From: Magallana gigas
Lineage: Eukaryota
Length of the DNA stretch: 64,000 bases
Assembly (NCBI RefSeq): GCF_963853765.1
Contig: NC_088862.1
Span: forward strand, 29,884,001-29,948,000
Direction of reading: 5' to 3'
A program made the position numbers and the translations under genes. The notes under the pieces were generated by a model that ran no database searches, was not told the DNA's origin, and saw nothing but the letters and a program-made list of their open reading frames with translations. Of this stretch, positions 37,218 to 50,559 are shown in pieces; the stretch's first letter is position 1; every line of letters starts with the position of its first letter.

Positions 37218-38880
37218 TATCCAAGATATATTCATTGAACAATTATCCATTTCCACTCAGAAAAATTCACAGGAACGAAAACAGATTCCTTACGGAGATT
37301 TATAATGGGAAATGGTTACATATTCTCTCCATTCGGAATACACTCGGAATATATCGCGCAATTTTTTAACATTATCATCCGGGCTTATTAATGGCTGTTG
37401 CAATGCAAAATCTCTGTAGACTTTCAATTTCGGGATGTGTATTGAAACCTGAGGCGGTAGAGGGGGCGTTTCAAAACAGATAATCTGGACATTTTTTATA
37501 TTAGTGGATGAATGTAGTTTGAGCACAAAGGTATTTACTATTATTGAAATATCAAGCAAAAAGTGGTGGAAGCAAAAACTCGGGACAGAGTATAGCCAAC
37601 TCTTGAAAATGAAAGTTAACTCCTGCTAGGCAAAATAACCTGAGATGTTGATCGTTGAGGTTGTGCAAAGATTATTCTGGGGGCGGGGGGGGGGGGGGGG
37701 GGGGGAGAAATGTGACGTTTATATCAGTTAGATTGCTCGCACAAAAAAGTGGGCTATGCAATGTTCTAATGTTGTGAAATAAATACAGCCAACTAAGACT
37801 AAACATCTGAATCAATCTAAAATAAACACCTGTACGATAGACAATGCTATTGAATAAACACCAGTGTCGGCCCATGTACAAGTACTTCTTTCTAGGTCTT
37901 TAATCTGACCTTTGAGACAAAGTGAAAGTAACTTACCTGCCTCGTTTCAGTGACTTTATTCCTTTAGTCTCAAGGGTTGCAATGTCTAAATCACCTTAAT
38001 TGCCGCATTTTTGCAGAGTAAGCATATGCATCGAAAGCTATTTTCTAAGTGGAAAATGAAACGCACAAAAACTGATCATTCGTGAAGAGTCAACGTAGGT
38101 GGGCGGCCGATAGTTGACACAAAAGAAAGTAGGAAATAAAAGCGGGGTTCACTCCTATGGGCGATAATTATTCCGGAAGTATTATCCACTCGAAACTGAC
38201 ACTTGATCAACAAATAAAGTTTTATGGCTAGATACAATGATGGGCTGTAGATGAAAAAAAAAGTTTGTTAAATCCACGATAGTAATTGTCCACATAAATT
38301 TCTTTAGATAATAAGTGGCGGATCAAGAACCTAACCAAAAGCCTATATAGACTTGACTATCTCTAGTTACCATAACCCGTAGATGGACCTGTCACGAGCT
38401 AGTCTCTTGTTTGTATTTTCAATTCTATTTGAAACGAAATCCGAGACCCTTTTATTTCATCATTGCTTTTAACATTTGATGATAGCTATACCTGATAAAT
38501 AACACGTGCACCAGTCTACAATGTACATGCATGTATACATGTAACAGCTGTATAAACACGAGTTTTAGTGACAGCCAGGAGAAGGGTTTTACATTTTACT
38601 GTAACTACTATACCGATACCAATCCCCTTGACAGCCGTTGAAGTACGTACTGCCGTGCAGGTGTTAGTAATTCTGAACAGAAACCTTTAAGGGGGGTGTA
38701 CGGCCATCTAGCTTGTACATGTACATTTCTTGAATTGACTTGTTTCTCATTGTTGTAACTTTGTCTCAAAGTAGGGTACCCTATTCTTAAAATGGGTCTC
38801 AAAAACCACAAGATATATTTGTCTGTGCCTATGTAGGTACATGTACATTGAAGATATTTTTTCATAGAAATATAATATGT

Positions 38881-38966
38881 CATCGTCGGATACCCACGGG
38901 TGATCGCGTCTTTTACTTATCACGTGATAAGTAAAAGACGCGATCACCCGTGGGTATCCGACGATG
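38881..38966. mobile_element. 86-bp perfect palindrome with 9-bp TSD
   Basis: 43-bp arms are exact reverse complements with no loop. ATAATATGT is duplicated at 38872-38880 and 38967-38975. Confidence 0.93.
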
Positions 38967-39329
38967 ATAATATGTATACATGTGTCTTTTACTAATTAAC
39001 AATTTTTAATTGCCAATGAGTCCATGACTCATAACTAATTGGCAATTAAAAATTAATATAATTTAAACACTTTTTTTGGACCCCTATCCCACTTCTAAAA
39101 AGAATTTTTTTTATTCATACTAATAGAACTGAAAAAATCCCCATAAAACAAACAAAGGACAGGTAAAGAAGTGTATATCAAATTCAACACGGATTCTGTC
39201 AAAAAGGACAACCCAGCTATGGGCCATTCATAGATACATGTATGACCTAAGAGAGGGAGCTATTGCCAAGCAATTGGGCGTTCGACAAATAATTAAGAGT
39301 CTGTCGTGTTTTGTGGACCAGGAGTAAGT

Positions 39330-39970
39330 TATCATGGACAGTAAGCTGAAAATGAGTAAGATCATATTAAGTGATAAAATGGCAGTAACTGTTAGTGGTT
39401 GTGGCCTTGTGGAGCTGTTAAAGTCTGGAGAACAGAACGATCGAGAGAAGTACCTTCCCGAATGCGTCGGTCATTTGAAACGTCACAGTGGCAGGAATTT
39501 GAAAGTAATGGTGTGGGGTTGTATTACCTATCATAGTCAGAGATTATTGACTTTCATAAATGGAACTATGAACGGTGAGAAATACATCAACGTATTAGAT
39601 GAGAACCTGTGGCCAGTCATAGCCAAATATTTCACAAATAAGTCGTATACATGTTTCAGGATGGCAATGCACCACCTCATGCCTCAATGATGACTAAAAC
39701 CTTGAAAGGAAATAACAACCAACTCTCACATGGCCTGTTCATTCTCCTGATATTAATATAATCGAAAATATCTGGTTGCTTTTAAAAAATCAAGTAAAAA
39801 GACATAATATTATGATGAACATTGACACAGTTGATGATTTGAAAGCAGTATTTCAGCAAACCTGGCTATGAATCCCTTTAAGGTACAGACAGAACTTGTA
39901 TTGATTTCCTCAATTCCCCGTCGACTGCAGTTAGTTATCAGACCAAGGAGGCATATTACAAAATATTACG
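39330..39970 (+). mobile_element. Degenerate Tc1-family transposase, C-terminal part
   Basis: VMVWGCIT..LTFINGTMNGEKYINVLDENLWP, then with frameshifts FQDGNAPPH, LTWPVHSPDINIIENIW and IPRRLQLVIRPRRHITKY. Confidence 0.88.
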
Positions 39971-41497
39971 ATAAAACATAACTCAGCTGAGAGGTAAGTA
40001 CTTTTTTTTATTAACCTGTTTTGTTTACAATCAGAATTCAAAATGGCCGCCAATTTACTAGTACTCCTGTTTGTCACCACCCTGTAGATTTATTACCTGC
40101 ATATGAAGGCAGGTGTTTACTAATTCATAGTTATTTTGATGACCGACAAAGTCAAAGTGCTAACAAACTTCTAATGTATAACTCTACATATACATTGTAT
40201 CCATCAAAAATAAAACTAATATGTAATTTGGGAAATTATATTTCGTAAATCATTTGAACTTCGTAAAGTATGTAAAATGATATACTTTATGAGTTCTACT
40301 TTATACAGATTCGTAGACAAATGTATCAAAAAGAGTAGCTAATTATAATGGAACAAAAACTTGAAACGAACTTGAAAAAATCATTTGAAGAAACAATGAC
40401 AGGAACTAGGAAAATGAATATTACGTTTACTGCAGTTAAGGTAATTTACTACATCAACACTAAAACTAGTACTTGTACTTTTTTAAGACACTAGGTCACA
40501 CCCCCCCCCCCCCACTTTTATTGACATATAAAAAATTGAATTATCATGGAGTTGCCCCCCCCCCCCCCACTTATGAAAATAAGGAAATTAGGAGTAAAAT
40601 TGAAGTTATAGAAACACTACGCGTCATGCTACTAGTTCTGAAACAGTAACACTTTCATGATCATGTAAATTTCTGTCAAAATTTATTTCAATAGCCAGCA
40701 TCAGTGTACTTTAATTGTAGGTGTTGATATGCTTGAACTACATTTAAAATTAAGTAAACAATATATCAGGTTTTCAAGTTGTACTACTACAGAACGTAAC
40801 ACACGAGGACAGCAGCCAATATATACAAATAGAACGTGAAACAAGTAACCATGGCAGCAGCGTTCGTTTTGTTAGGTTCGTCATCATATGTCGCAAAGAC
40901 GCGCGCAGGTCCTCCACTTCCGTCAGCAATGTTCAGAACTGGAATGTAAATCGTACTTCCGCTTTCCGGTACGTTATCAAGATTGGCCACATTTTCAATC
41001 CCCACAACGTTGTTTTTCCCCAGTAGCGTGTGGCAAGGGTAGGTCGAACTCATTCCGTAATCTGTAGAGGGCGTGTCGACCCCAACAGCGTTGATTTGGC
41101 GCTTGTTTATCAACCATGTGACGGCGTCCTCATGCCAGCTCGGGAAGTGCAATGTAGAAATATCTGTGGGTTCGGGGGACCCAAACACGAGAGTTTTGTT
41201 CGGGTACTTGCTCGACCAACCGGAATTCATTATGGCGACAGCGCGTCGTGGCATTTCTCCGTATTTCTCCTCCCACATCAATAAGTCGTCAACAGTGACC
41301 CTTAAAGAAAGAAGGAAAGAAATGTAATTGTAATCAAAGTACTGACAGAACTGATAGACGGAGGCATCATTTCGGAAGAAACTATATGATTTTTTTTTAT
41401 TTAAGGAAAAACAGCGCGCTTACTGCTTATCATGTTAGAATATTCGCGAAGCGGTTTAGTTTTCAGGTTGATATCAGAGTTAGGTAGATAATATTAA

Positions 41498-42010
41498 AGG
41501 GTCTTTTACACGATTTTAGATCAAAAATTTCTTTTTCTGTTTTTTATGTATAAAATGATTTACTTCCTCATTTTGAATAATTGACAAAAATTTGAACGTT
41601 AGAAGTCAAGTTTTAAGAGAGATACAGAGGTAAGAATTAATTTGTATGTAAACAAAGCTCTTATATTTGTTTACAAATATTGTAAAGTATGGAATAACCA
41701 TTTCTTTGATCAAATGACTTGTGGCAAACAAGGTAAACTGATTCAATGTGTTCATTGACATTATGATAAACAGAAAAAAGCAACATTTGCTTGAGACTTA
41801 TACCAATAAAACACATATGTAAACCATAACAATGCTTGAGTTTTGTTTATAAAACAAAGATTTTCAAACTCTGTATCTTGCTTATAACTCAATATATTTG
41901 ACTTTCAAATTTTGATAAAGCATTAAAAGTACCCATATTAATCATTCTAAACAGTAAAATTGGAAAAATAAAATGTTAAAATTTTAAGCTCAACTGGTGT
42001 CCAAGGCCCT
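41498..42010. mobile_element. TTAA-target non-autonomous DNA transposon (Kolobok-like purine termini)
   Basis: TTAA/AGGGTCTTTTACACGATTTTAG ... CTCAACTGGTGTCCAAGGCCCT/TTAA, in intron 2 of copy A and absent from the same intron of copy B. Confidence 0.75.
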
Positions 42011-42250
42011 TTAAAATAATTAGTGTTGTTCTCTTGTTTTAACCTTATAAGCTTGTTATATTACTACTTAAATGTGTTTATTATTTACAAAAAAAAGGAA
42101 GGAGAAAATAATTTTGCATCACAAAACAACATGGGAAACTGTACATGCTATTTAATGCATACAACTCGAATTACTCGAAAAATAGAAGGGGTGCAATTTC
42201 TTGATGAATGAGTGTCGTCGATCCAGATAATTATTCTCTTATCATGATCG

Positions 42251-42254
<4 letters not shown>

Positions 42255-42332
<78 letters not shown>
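42255..42332 (+). repeat. (GA)n microsatellite
   Basis: Direct reading. Confidence 0.98.
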
Positions 42333-42337
<5 letters not shown>

Positions 42338-42566
42338 AAGCGTAATTTTACGTACATTCATTTGAAATATACAAATATTATACATTCATCATAAAATTAG
42401 TTTCCACAAAAGAATATAGTACATTGTGATTGAATCAAGCATGAAGTTTCAGTCCGAGTCCACGTGTTACCCCTGTTAACCAATCAACGCGCGAGGTGCA
42501 CCACGTGTTCCTTCCAAGATAAGGGAATAAAGTTTCGTTCTTATAGTTTTCATTTCAAGTATAAAG

Positions 42567-42815
42567 GAGAAAAGAAGCATGCCTAACAGAAAAGTATTCT
42601 ACACTGTTTCTGATGTTTGATTTCAAGAAAATAGAAAGGAAGCATGCCTAAAAATGAAGTATAGGTATTCTACACTGTTTGTGACGTTTGATTTCAAGCA
42701 AAGAGAAAAGAAGTATGTCTAAAAATGAAGTACATGTATTCTTTACTGTTTGTGAAGTTTAACTTCTAGCAAAGAGAAAAGAAGTATGCCTAACAATAAA
42801 GTATTCTATTTTCAA
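42567..42815 (+). repeat. Minisatellite, about 63-70-bp unit, about 3.5 copies
   Basis: AGAAAAGAAGCATGCCTAA..AAGTATTCTACACTGTTTGTGACGTTTGATTTCAAG units. Confidence 0.85.
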
Positions 42816-45325
42816 GAAACGTATAATACTTGTCTTTTTTATTTATTATTTATAATTATAATATAAAACAAATGTTCATTGTTTATTGATATAATAATAT
42901 TGCAATGTATACAAAGAATAGTTCACTCACTGGCGCCAAAATCATCCGTGCGTGAAATTATAGTTATGTTTTTAAAGTAAACGAGTATTAATAATAATTT
43001 ATTCTACATGTATACTTAATGATATCATTATACATTTTTTACTTTATTAACATTGGAATAATTCAGTCAATCTATTTTTTCAATCACTGTTCATGGAGTC
43101 AGTGTTGTCAAATGTCAGTATTTTCAGTATTGTAAATCTATTTTATTATTCTTACAGCTTTTTACTAAACGCGTAGTATACTATATAGACCATACTACCA
43201 TGAATAAAGAAGAACATCTACAAAAGCCGGAGTTGGTATCAGTACACTCGCTGACAGATATTATTTAGTAACGAAATCATTAGATTTATTTTTTTAATAG
43301 AACTCATCGCCGCCAAAAAAATATTTTTATCTGTTGAGGACTGATCATCCCATATACACAAGGTCACAGACGTCATAATAAATAATATAGTAAATAATTG
43401 TAGAAACGTGCTTTAGAACTTTTGCTACCTGTAATCCGGATTGGTTGCGGCCTTAAACTTGACATTTATGATGACTCCAGCTCCGTACAAATTTTCCATG
43501 GGGATTTGATCGGTTCTCCACATTCCTTTTACTGTGTGAACGGGTGCGTCTATGTGAGTGCCCATGTGTTCAGGCATCGCAAAGTGATTGTTTTCAAGCC
43601 TTTGAAAAAAGATAGAAATCTTTTTACAGTCATTATCATAAACTGCTTTATTTCTATTCTCTTTTGAGTGAAGTTACACTCGGGTTTAGTGAACATGTTT
43701 CTTCGTGGGTGTAGGCTATGCCTGTCCACTTCTCAAAAGAGATAACTTTATTTCTTGTCCGGTGGATAGGTCGTTTTCCACAGTAATATAGACATATAGC
43801 GTTTAATCTTAAGCAATAACCGTGCACGTTAAGTGTTCATAAAAACAGGAAAAATACTGTTTTATAATAGCTCCTAGACACCAAAGCTGTCTCTGTTAAT
43901 ACAGACGAGTACTTCGTATGAACAAATAAGTTTTGATTTTTGTTTGGTCGTCCAACAAGGCCATAGTTTGGATAAGCTTCCTATGAATTATTGGATTTTT
44001 TCCTCTGATTGGAAAAACATGCATACGGTAAAATCATTTTTACTCGTGTGGGTGGGTCAATGTTCGTGGGTAGCCAAAGTTTTCCTTGTACTGTAACGGG
44101 GATAATTTTTGATAAATATAAATAAATGATTGTATTTACTAGGTTCATGGGGATGTAAATCCGTTGACAAGTGGTACCCACAAAAGCCGTCCCCAACACA
44201 GAATAGTGAGTTAACAGTACTCAGAACCAAACTCAGAGAAAACACCTATTGAAATTATATAATTGCCTATTCAGAAAAGACGGATAACATTCCTTATGAA
44301 ATAAAATATTTAATGCCAATTCTCATGACAAACATGATAACGAAAGAAAACAAACATTTCATCTATAATTGAAAAGAAATTATACTGAATTTTTTTAGGG
44401 CTTGGAGCAATGAGCGATTGGCTAATTTAGATTTCAACCTTGTCTAGAAGAAAAGGTGAACAGAAAGAAATTGCATATGAGAAACTGGGACACAGATTTG
44501 TCAAATTAAGTCTGAATGGTTCATTGCATACAGAAAAACCTCCTTTGTTACATTTTACGGCGACCTAATTCTTTGACATCGGGCGTACCTTATGCATCCA
44601 TCTCGGCCATGCAGTTACCAAGGTTAATGAACCGTGAAATCAATTAATGTGACATTCAGGGAATTTCTATTTGGCCAGGGAAGTTACACTCGGTTTTCGT
44701 GAACATGTAAATAGACTGTGACAGCCACTCACCAATGAATGCAGTTGCTGTATCATCAATACTTTATATTTAGTTACTAAATTTTTAATTTAACTTTTAA
44801 TACTGTTGTTATCGATGATAAATCGGTGACCAAGAAAAGTTTTGTTTGCGAAGGGGCGGGGGTCCAATTCCAAATTTCAGCAAATTTAAGAACTGAATTA
44901 ATTAAGTTTGAAATATCAAGGGGTCCGCTCTCCTTAGATCCGCACCATTAATATGATAAATGCTTGTTTCAGTTACAAACTGATCCCTAAATATTGCCTT
45001 GGGCCTTAAAACCTGTAAGTTAGTCAACCGTCGAAGACTGCACGTGAACTTCATGAATTTCTATAAAGGTCAAATTTATATAATTTTATTTTGATTTGTG
45101 AACTGTTTTTCCCGATAAGCATACAAACTCGAAATAAGAATAAGTCATGCACAAATAAACGTATAAAATATATAAATTTTGTCCCTTTTTTACGCATATT
45201 AAGACTTAAAAGTTAACCTCAGTAAAATAGTTACTAAAGTGCGGACAGAATTTATTCCCCCTTATAGACCTACCATTAGCAACCGTGTGCTGTCAACTTG
45301 GTAACAGTATTTTTTGTCGACCTAG

Positions 45326-45330
<5 letters not shown>

Positions 45331-45413
<83 letters not shown>
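45331..45413 (+). repeat. (GA)n microsatellite
   Basis: Direct reading. The paralogous position in copy B (about 57852) has only GAGAGAGTGAGAGAG. Confidence 0.97.
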
Positions 45414-45416
<3 letters not shown>

Positions 45417-45634
45417 TGGTTTGTGCATGCAATAAACTAACCATAACTTATAAGTCTCAGAATATCCCCGGAACAGTTGCGTAAAGTTATAAGACGGGTT
45501 TGAGGGCCAAGTAACGGAGTCCCTCTTTGCTTATAGCTCAGATCCACGATTCTAGGCACGGTCTGGACCAAATGGACCGCCGTCGCAAAGAAAAGAACAC
45601 AGAAGTTGACGTGGTGTGCCATCACTAAGCCGCG

Positions 45635-45650
45635 CTTCTATATATTTTAC
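45635..45650 (-). promoter_or_regulatory. TATA-like element upstream of cyclase exon 1A, conserved upstream of exon 1B (about 58089-58104)
   Basis: Minus strand GTAAAATATATAGAAG is identical in both copies, a short distance upstream of the ATG. Confidence 0.4.
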
Positions 45651-46069
45651 TACTCTTTCGATGAAAAACCTGTACCTCTCGATTTGCTTCAGTTAACATT
45701 CAGCTGTTCCGTTCCGCAAAGCCAGTTTTTTTTTCACGCACACAGAAAGTTTTCACTTTCAGGTATCTTGATGTATAAAGTATGGCCTACGGGCCCAAAG
45801 AAACCAACTTAAAAACCATTGTTGCAACCCCTGTTAAAATAACACAACAGTGACTATTAAAATGAATTATATTAAAAGTGGTTTGCAAGGTATTTCATTG
45901 GAAGAACCCCTTCATACCACTTTTGAAATACAACTACTATCAATTTTTTTTACTCGTTGTTGGGAATGAATTTAATTCTTTTTAAATATTACTTTGAAAT
46001 CACTATCGAAACACAGTTGGAAAAGAAAGAAGTTGTACATCATTTTTGCAAACTGCAATAAACACTTTA

Positions 46070-47100
46070 AGCCCCTTTCACAATTCGCGCACGAGCGGAA
46101 GCGACAAGATATTCGTGCGGCCGAAAAAAAAAATAGATATGGTTCGTAAACTGTTGCCAAAAATAGTTGCATATGAAATGTAAAGGCATTGAATCGCGTG
46201 TGGATGCGACTGCTGTACAATGAAAGCGAGTGTTGTAAGATTATGAGATAGGATCGCACGAATGACTAGATGATCTGACGATTGAACGTGCACCAATGCG
46301 ATAGGACGTGCAGTGCTCGTCCAATCATGTGTTTCACCCCACGAATGCTCGTGCGAGTCAGAGTGGGTATATATACATGTACCGCCCGTTTCCGACACTT
46401 TTCAATAGAAATAGTTGAAAAGACCACCCAATAAAATAAGAAAAGCATCAGCCAAAATCAAGGTCAATTGTGGCCTGAAACATATATCCTTATACAGTGT
46501 ATACTGTATAAGGGAACCATTCGCCCCGTTTTATTTCCGCTCATTTCACTGTTTTTATCAGTTAACGCATAAAGACTTAGCGAATTCCAATGTCTTATAT
46601 TATCTCTCTTTTACCACAACATTGTTGGGGCGAGTTCTAGACAAGCCAAACCCGTAAGTAGAAGTAAAAATGTAACAGGGCGAAAATAACCCTGTATCCA
46701 GTAAATACTAGTGGCAAAGCATGAAATCTTGCAACAATCATAAAACGTTGCAAGATTACATGAGACACGTTGAGCAACAGTCTCATGATCGCACAGTAGA
46801 TGCATAAACTGCTGTAATTTATTTTACGATCTTTAAAAGTTGTGCATCGCTCTTGCGAGTGCACAAAAGGTTGTAAAACATTCGTAGTAATTTTCGTGCG
46901 TTGCATTGCAGAAGTTCAGATCGCATTCGATAGCGTCTGAAAGGTTTGAATGTCCAGTATTTTGAGGAAACTTGACGCAACCACATAAACGCATGGAAAG
47001 AATGCGAGAGCTCGTGCAACGCATGCGATAGCACGCGAAGCCAAAACATTCCTATTGAAAAATTTTGTAAAGTGCTCGTGGGCCAATTTTGAAAGGGGCT
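46070..47100. mobile_element. PIF/Harbinger-type non-autonomous element
   Basis: TTA/AGCCCCTTTCACAATTCGCGCACGAGC ... GCTCGTGGGCCAATTTTGAAAGGGGCT/TTA: TIRs with a 3-bp TTA duplication. Confidence 0.85.
46504..46701. mobile_element. TA-target MITE nested in the Harbinger-type element
   Basis: TA/CTGTATAAGGGAACCATTCGCCCC ... GGGCGAAAATAACCCTGTATCCAG/TA. Confidence 0.8.
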
Positions 47101-47260
47101 TTATCTCACGAACATTTCCAAAAGTACAACTAAGGAGTAATAGACTTGTATATTTTAGGGTAATAACCTAGACTATGAAATTAATGTACCAATGTTAGGT
47201 TTTCACTGTTGTGCAGAAATAACCAATTCTTGCAGATTTACATACATATAACATTGATTT

Positions 47261-48959
47261 CATATTTTTCCTTTACCTTTCTCTTTCTATAGTTATTTCA
47301 TGTTTTATGAAAATTATTAATTATTAGTACAAGGGTGAACACTTTGTAAGTTGCCAGGACTTCTATTCAACCCCCGTGTATATTGAATATACAATAAAAT
47401 ATGTATGTTCAAACCAATTAAACACAACTAATATTATAATAGAAATAAATCATGTCGTTAACTTTTAATCAGAGTGGGGGATATTAAATTGGAGTTTGTC
47501 CATCCGTCTGACCGTTCCCGTCTATTATTTTGTTTGTGTGTAACACTTTCGTTAATCACAACTGAAACAAATTATTTCAGTGGTTGATTATGAATTTCAT
47601 TTTAAGAAATAATTTTCAACAACTATTAAAATACAAAAACCATGAAATAATTTATAATGTATCTTATTAAAATTATTATTATTGAAATACAGGTGACACT
47701 CAATGGCTCGAACTTCGATCTCTCAAAGTTCTTGATCTCTCGAAGTGAACTCACGGTCCCGATTTTTTTTTTATATAACTAAGCAAATTTAGTCTTGATA
47801 TCTCTCGAAGTTCTTGATCTTTCGAAGTAAAACTTGGGTCCCGTGATACATATTTCATTATTTTTCACTCTTGATAACTCGAAGTGGTTGCTGTGTACAC
47901 ACGCGGCCGATCAAGCGTATAATTATAGCTCCGCGTGGACATACCTAGATGGTTGAGTGAACTCCTTGGGGCTAGCGTCGTAGTGTTAATTGGTTGATTA
48001 CGTAAGTGACACTACCCCTTGCTTCCTTCAAAGGGTAGATAGGTAATTTGTAACTGATCTATTAATTTCAACAACTTGTGAAAGTTACGGTAAACTGTTC
48101 TTTATTTAAAATATTCGAACGTTATGATTAAGAAAACACAATATGATTAAATCAAAATTTTAACGGGAAAATATACTTAATAACCACAAAACTAAGTTCT
48201 GTATTGTTTAAATTGAAGTAATGTAGCACAAAATACATGTACGATTGAAATCATGTCCGACTGGCCTTCCATGTTATAAGTAAAAATTTCCGGCTACTAT
48301 AATTTTAGAATTTAGGAAGACCATAATAGAAAGTTGTTACACACAGACGGAATGATGAACATAAAATGACATGCATTTCATTCACTATAATATTGAAATT
48401 CTTCATTTCAATAGTGGTTGTAATGAAACGCATCCTTTACCACTAATGAACTAATTTTTTTCAATAGTGGTCGTACTGGTATTTCAATCGTGATTGCAAA
48501 GTGATTCTAATTATAAATTACATTCATAACCACCATTAAGATAATCTATTTCAATAATGGTTGTATAACAAAATAATATATTATGAGGTATTTAAATGTT
48601 TGTAATATTTGTTGCAATTTTTTCTTAAAATAAAATTCATAGCTAACCACCATTTCTTTCTGTTGTGATTAAGGAAAATTTTACACCCAAACAAAATAAT
48701 AGACGAAAGACGGTCAGACGGATTGTCAAACCCAATTATTATCCTCCCAATCTGATTAAAAGTAAACGACAGTATTTAGTTCTATAGTTGTTGTGTTTAA
48801 TTGGTTTGAACATATTTTATTGTATTCTTAATATATAAGGGTTTGAAAAGAAGTTCTGGCAACCCACAAAGTGTTCACACTTGTACTACTAATAATTAAA
48901 AATTTTCATAAAATATGATATAGCTATAGAAAGAGAAAGGTAAAGAACGTAAAATATGC
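47261..48959. repeat. Long imperfect inverted repeat (arms about 47261-47688 and 48548-48959)
   Basis: The reverse complement of the right arm aligns co-linearly with the left arm, e.g. TTTACCTTTCTCTTTCTATAG, TGTTCAAACCAATTAAACACAAC, CCGTCTGACCG, GTCTATTATTTTGTTTG. Confidence 0.85.
47690..47890 (+). mobile_element. 5' part of a CAG..CTCGAAGT-repeat MITE
   Basis: TA/CAGGTGACACTCAATGGCTCGAACTTCGATCTCTC with repeated TTGATCTCTCGAAGT. Confidence 0.6.
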
Positions 48960-49114
48960 AAGTCTATAATACCTAGATTTTGTATTTGAAATTGTTCGTT
49001 TGATAAAGTGTTTCTTGCACTTGAAAATAGTTAGCAAAAATGATATACAATTTCTTTCTTTCCAAATGTGTTTTAAATGTGATTACAGAGTAATATCTAT
49101 ATAGGAATTTATTA

Positions 49115-49505
49115 CCAACTACACTTGAAAAAATAGTTTTAATAGTAGTTGTATTTCAAAAGTGGCTGTATAGTGATTCTTATAATGAAATACATCCCCA
49201 ACCACTATTGAAATAATTAGTTCAATAGTGGTTTTATTTCATTAGTGATTGCAAAGAGATTCTTCTATTGAAATACATTTCCAACCACTATTAAAATGAT
49301 TTATTTAAATAGTGGTTTTATTTCAGTAGTGATTGCAAAGAGATTCTTCTATTGAAATACATTTCCAACCACTATTGAAATGATTTATTTAAATAGTGGT
49401 TTTATTTCAGTAGTGATTGCAAAGGGATTTTTCTAATGAAAAACATTCCCAACCATTATTGAAATAATTTATTTCAATAGTGGTTTTATTTCAATAGTGG
49501 TTGAA
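49115..49505. repeat. Satellite-like array, about 84-bp unit, about 5 copies, each unit with an internal palindrome
   Basis: CCAACCA(C/T)TA recurs at about 49198, 49281, 49365 and 49449. Each unit holds AACCACTATTGAAAT..ATTTCAATAGTGGTT. Related units at about 48395-48560. Confidence 0.9.
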
Positions 49506-50559
49506 ACAAACCATATTCAAAAGGTAAAATGCATGAATTGTTCTTTACTGAATAAAAGCATATCTGAAAATTTTAGCAAGATCTGATGGTCTCTGATACA
49601 AAGTACTTGAGGTCAAGACCACGTTTTTGTTAACACATCAAAATAAAGTGAAATAATTAAGCATGTTTTACATTGGTGCCACATATAATGTATATACAGC
49701 TAAAGAGTTGAGTAGAATTAGGCAATGACTAATTGGACATAACCCCAATGACGGTATCATTGAGTGACCTTGTGATCCGAAATTTTAAACAAAGAGGCTT
49801 GAAATTCACATCTGCCTTGTTAAATAAAATTTTTAAGATATGGTTTGTTTAGCTATAAACTAATGTTTTGTAAAGAAAAAAAATCATTTTACCTTTTTAA
49901 TTTGTTTTAGTTCCCTCGTTTTTCTTTAGTACAACTTCTCTACAAAAAGAGATCAAAACAGTCTAAAAAATGGCCGCAACCATCGATCCTTAACACATAA
50001 GAGGGTAGTTTAAATATATTTTATTGCTTTGAAACAATGCTTTTGATTTGATCTTCAAAATGATTAGACACAATTCCTTGACAAATTCAAAATTACAACT
50101 CAGTGAAATGCAAAATGTCTTATAAAAATGTATATGAACTAACTGTGTATGAAGGCAGGCTTACTATACGTATGCATAGTTATTTGATGAACAAAGTCAA
50201 AATGCAAATAAACTTCTAATAAATAACTCAACATATACACGTAACAAAACTTCTAGATGTTCACCCTCATAAATAGAAGAAAAAAAAGTTGGAAATTACA
50301 AAATAAGATAATCTGAGATTTTTCAACATTTTGTAACTGATATGTATTTTCATCTATAGCACAGATAAAAAAAGACACTGACAATTGAAAGCAGTTACTC
50401 GTAACGAACTTTTAAAACAATAAATTAAATTGTTATTTTTCTGCGCATCCTTAAAATGATTGGAATTTTTTTTGTGTGATTGATATTAGTCTATAGTGAT
50501 TGTTTCAAAAGAAAAGAACTTTAAAATGACCAATAAATAAATAAATAATGAAAAAACGA

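Larger units (their letters stand above)
40787..45622 (-). pseudogene. Cyclase-family (kynurenine formamidase/isatin hydrolase-like) copy A; frameshifted in exon 1 as assembled
   Basis: Exons 45622-45442 (181 nt), 43599-43429 (171 nt; EHMGTHIDAPVH) and 41300-40787 (514 nt; VGVDTPSTD, GIENVANL, GSGGPARV, hydrophobic tail). Exon 2 needs a phase-2 donor but exon 1 ends in phase 1. Alignment to copy B shows 1 nt missing after YKQ. Confidence 0.75.

Noticed and set aside
49115-49505. Palindromic repeat array as a CRISPR-like locus
   Set aside because: The sequence between the palindromes is also repeated, so there are no unique spacers; no cas genes; eukaryotic context.
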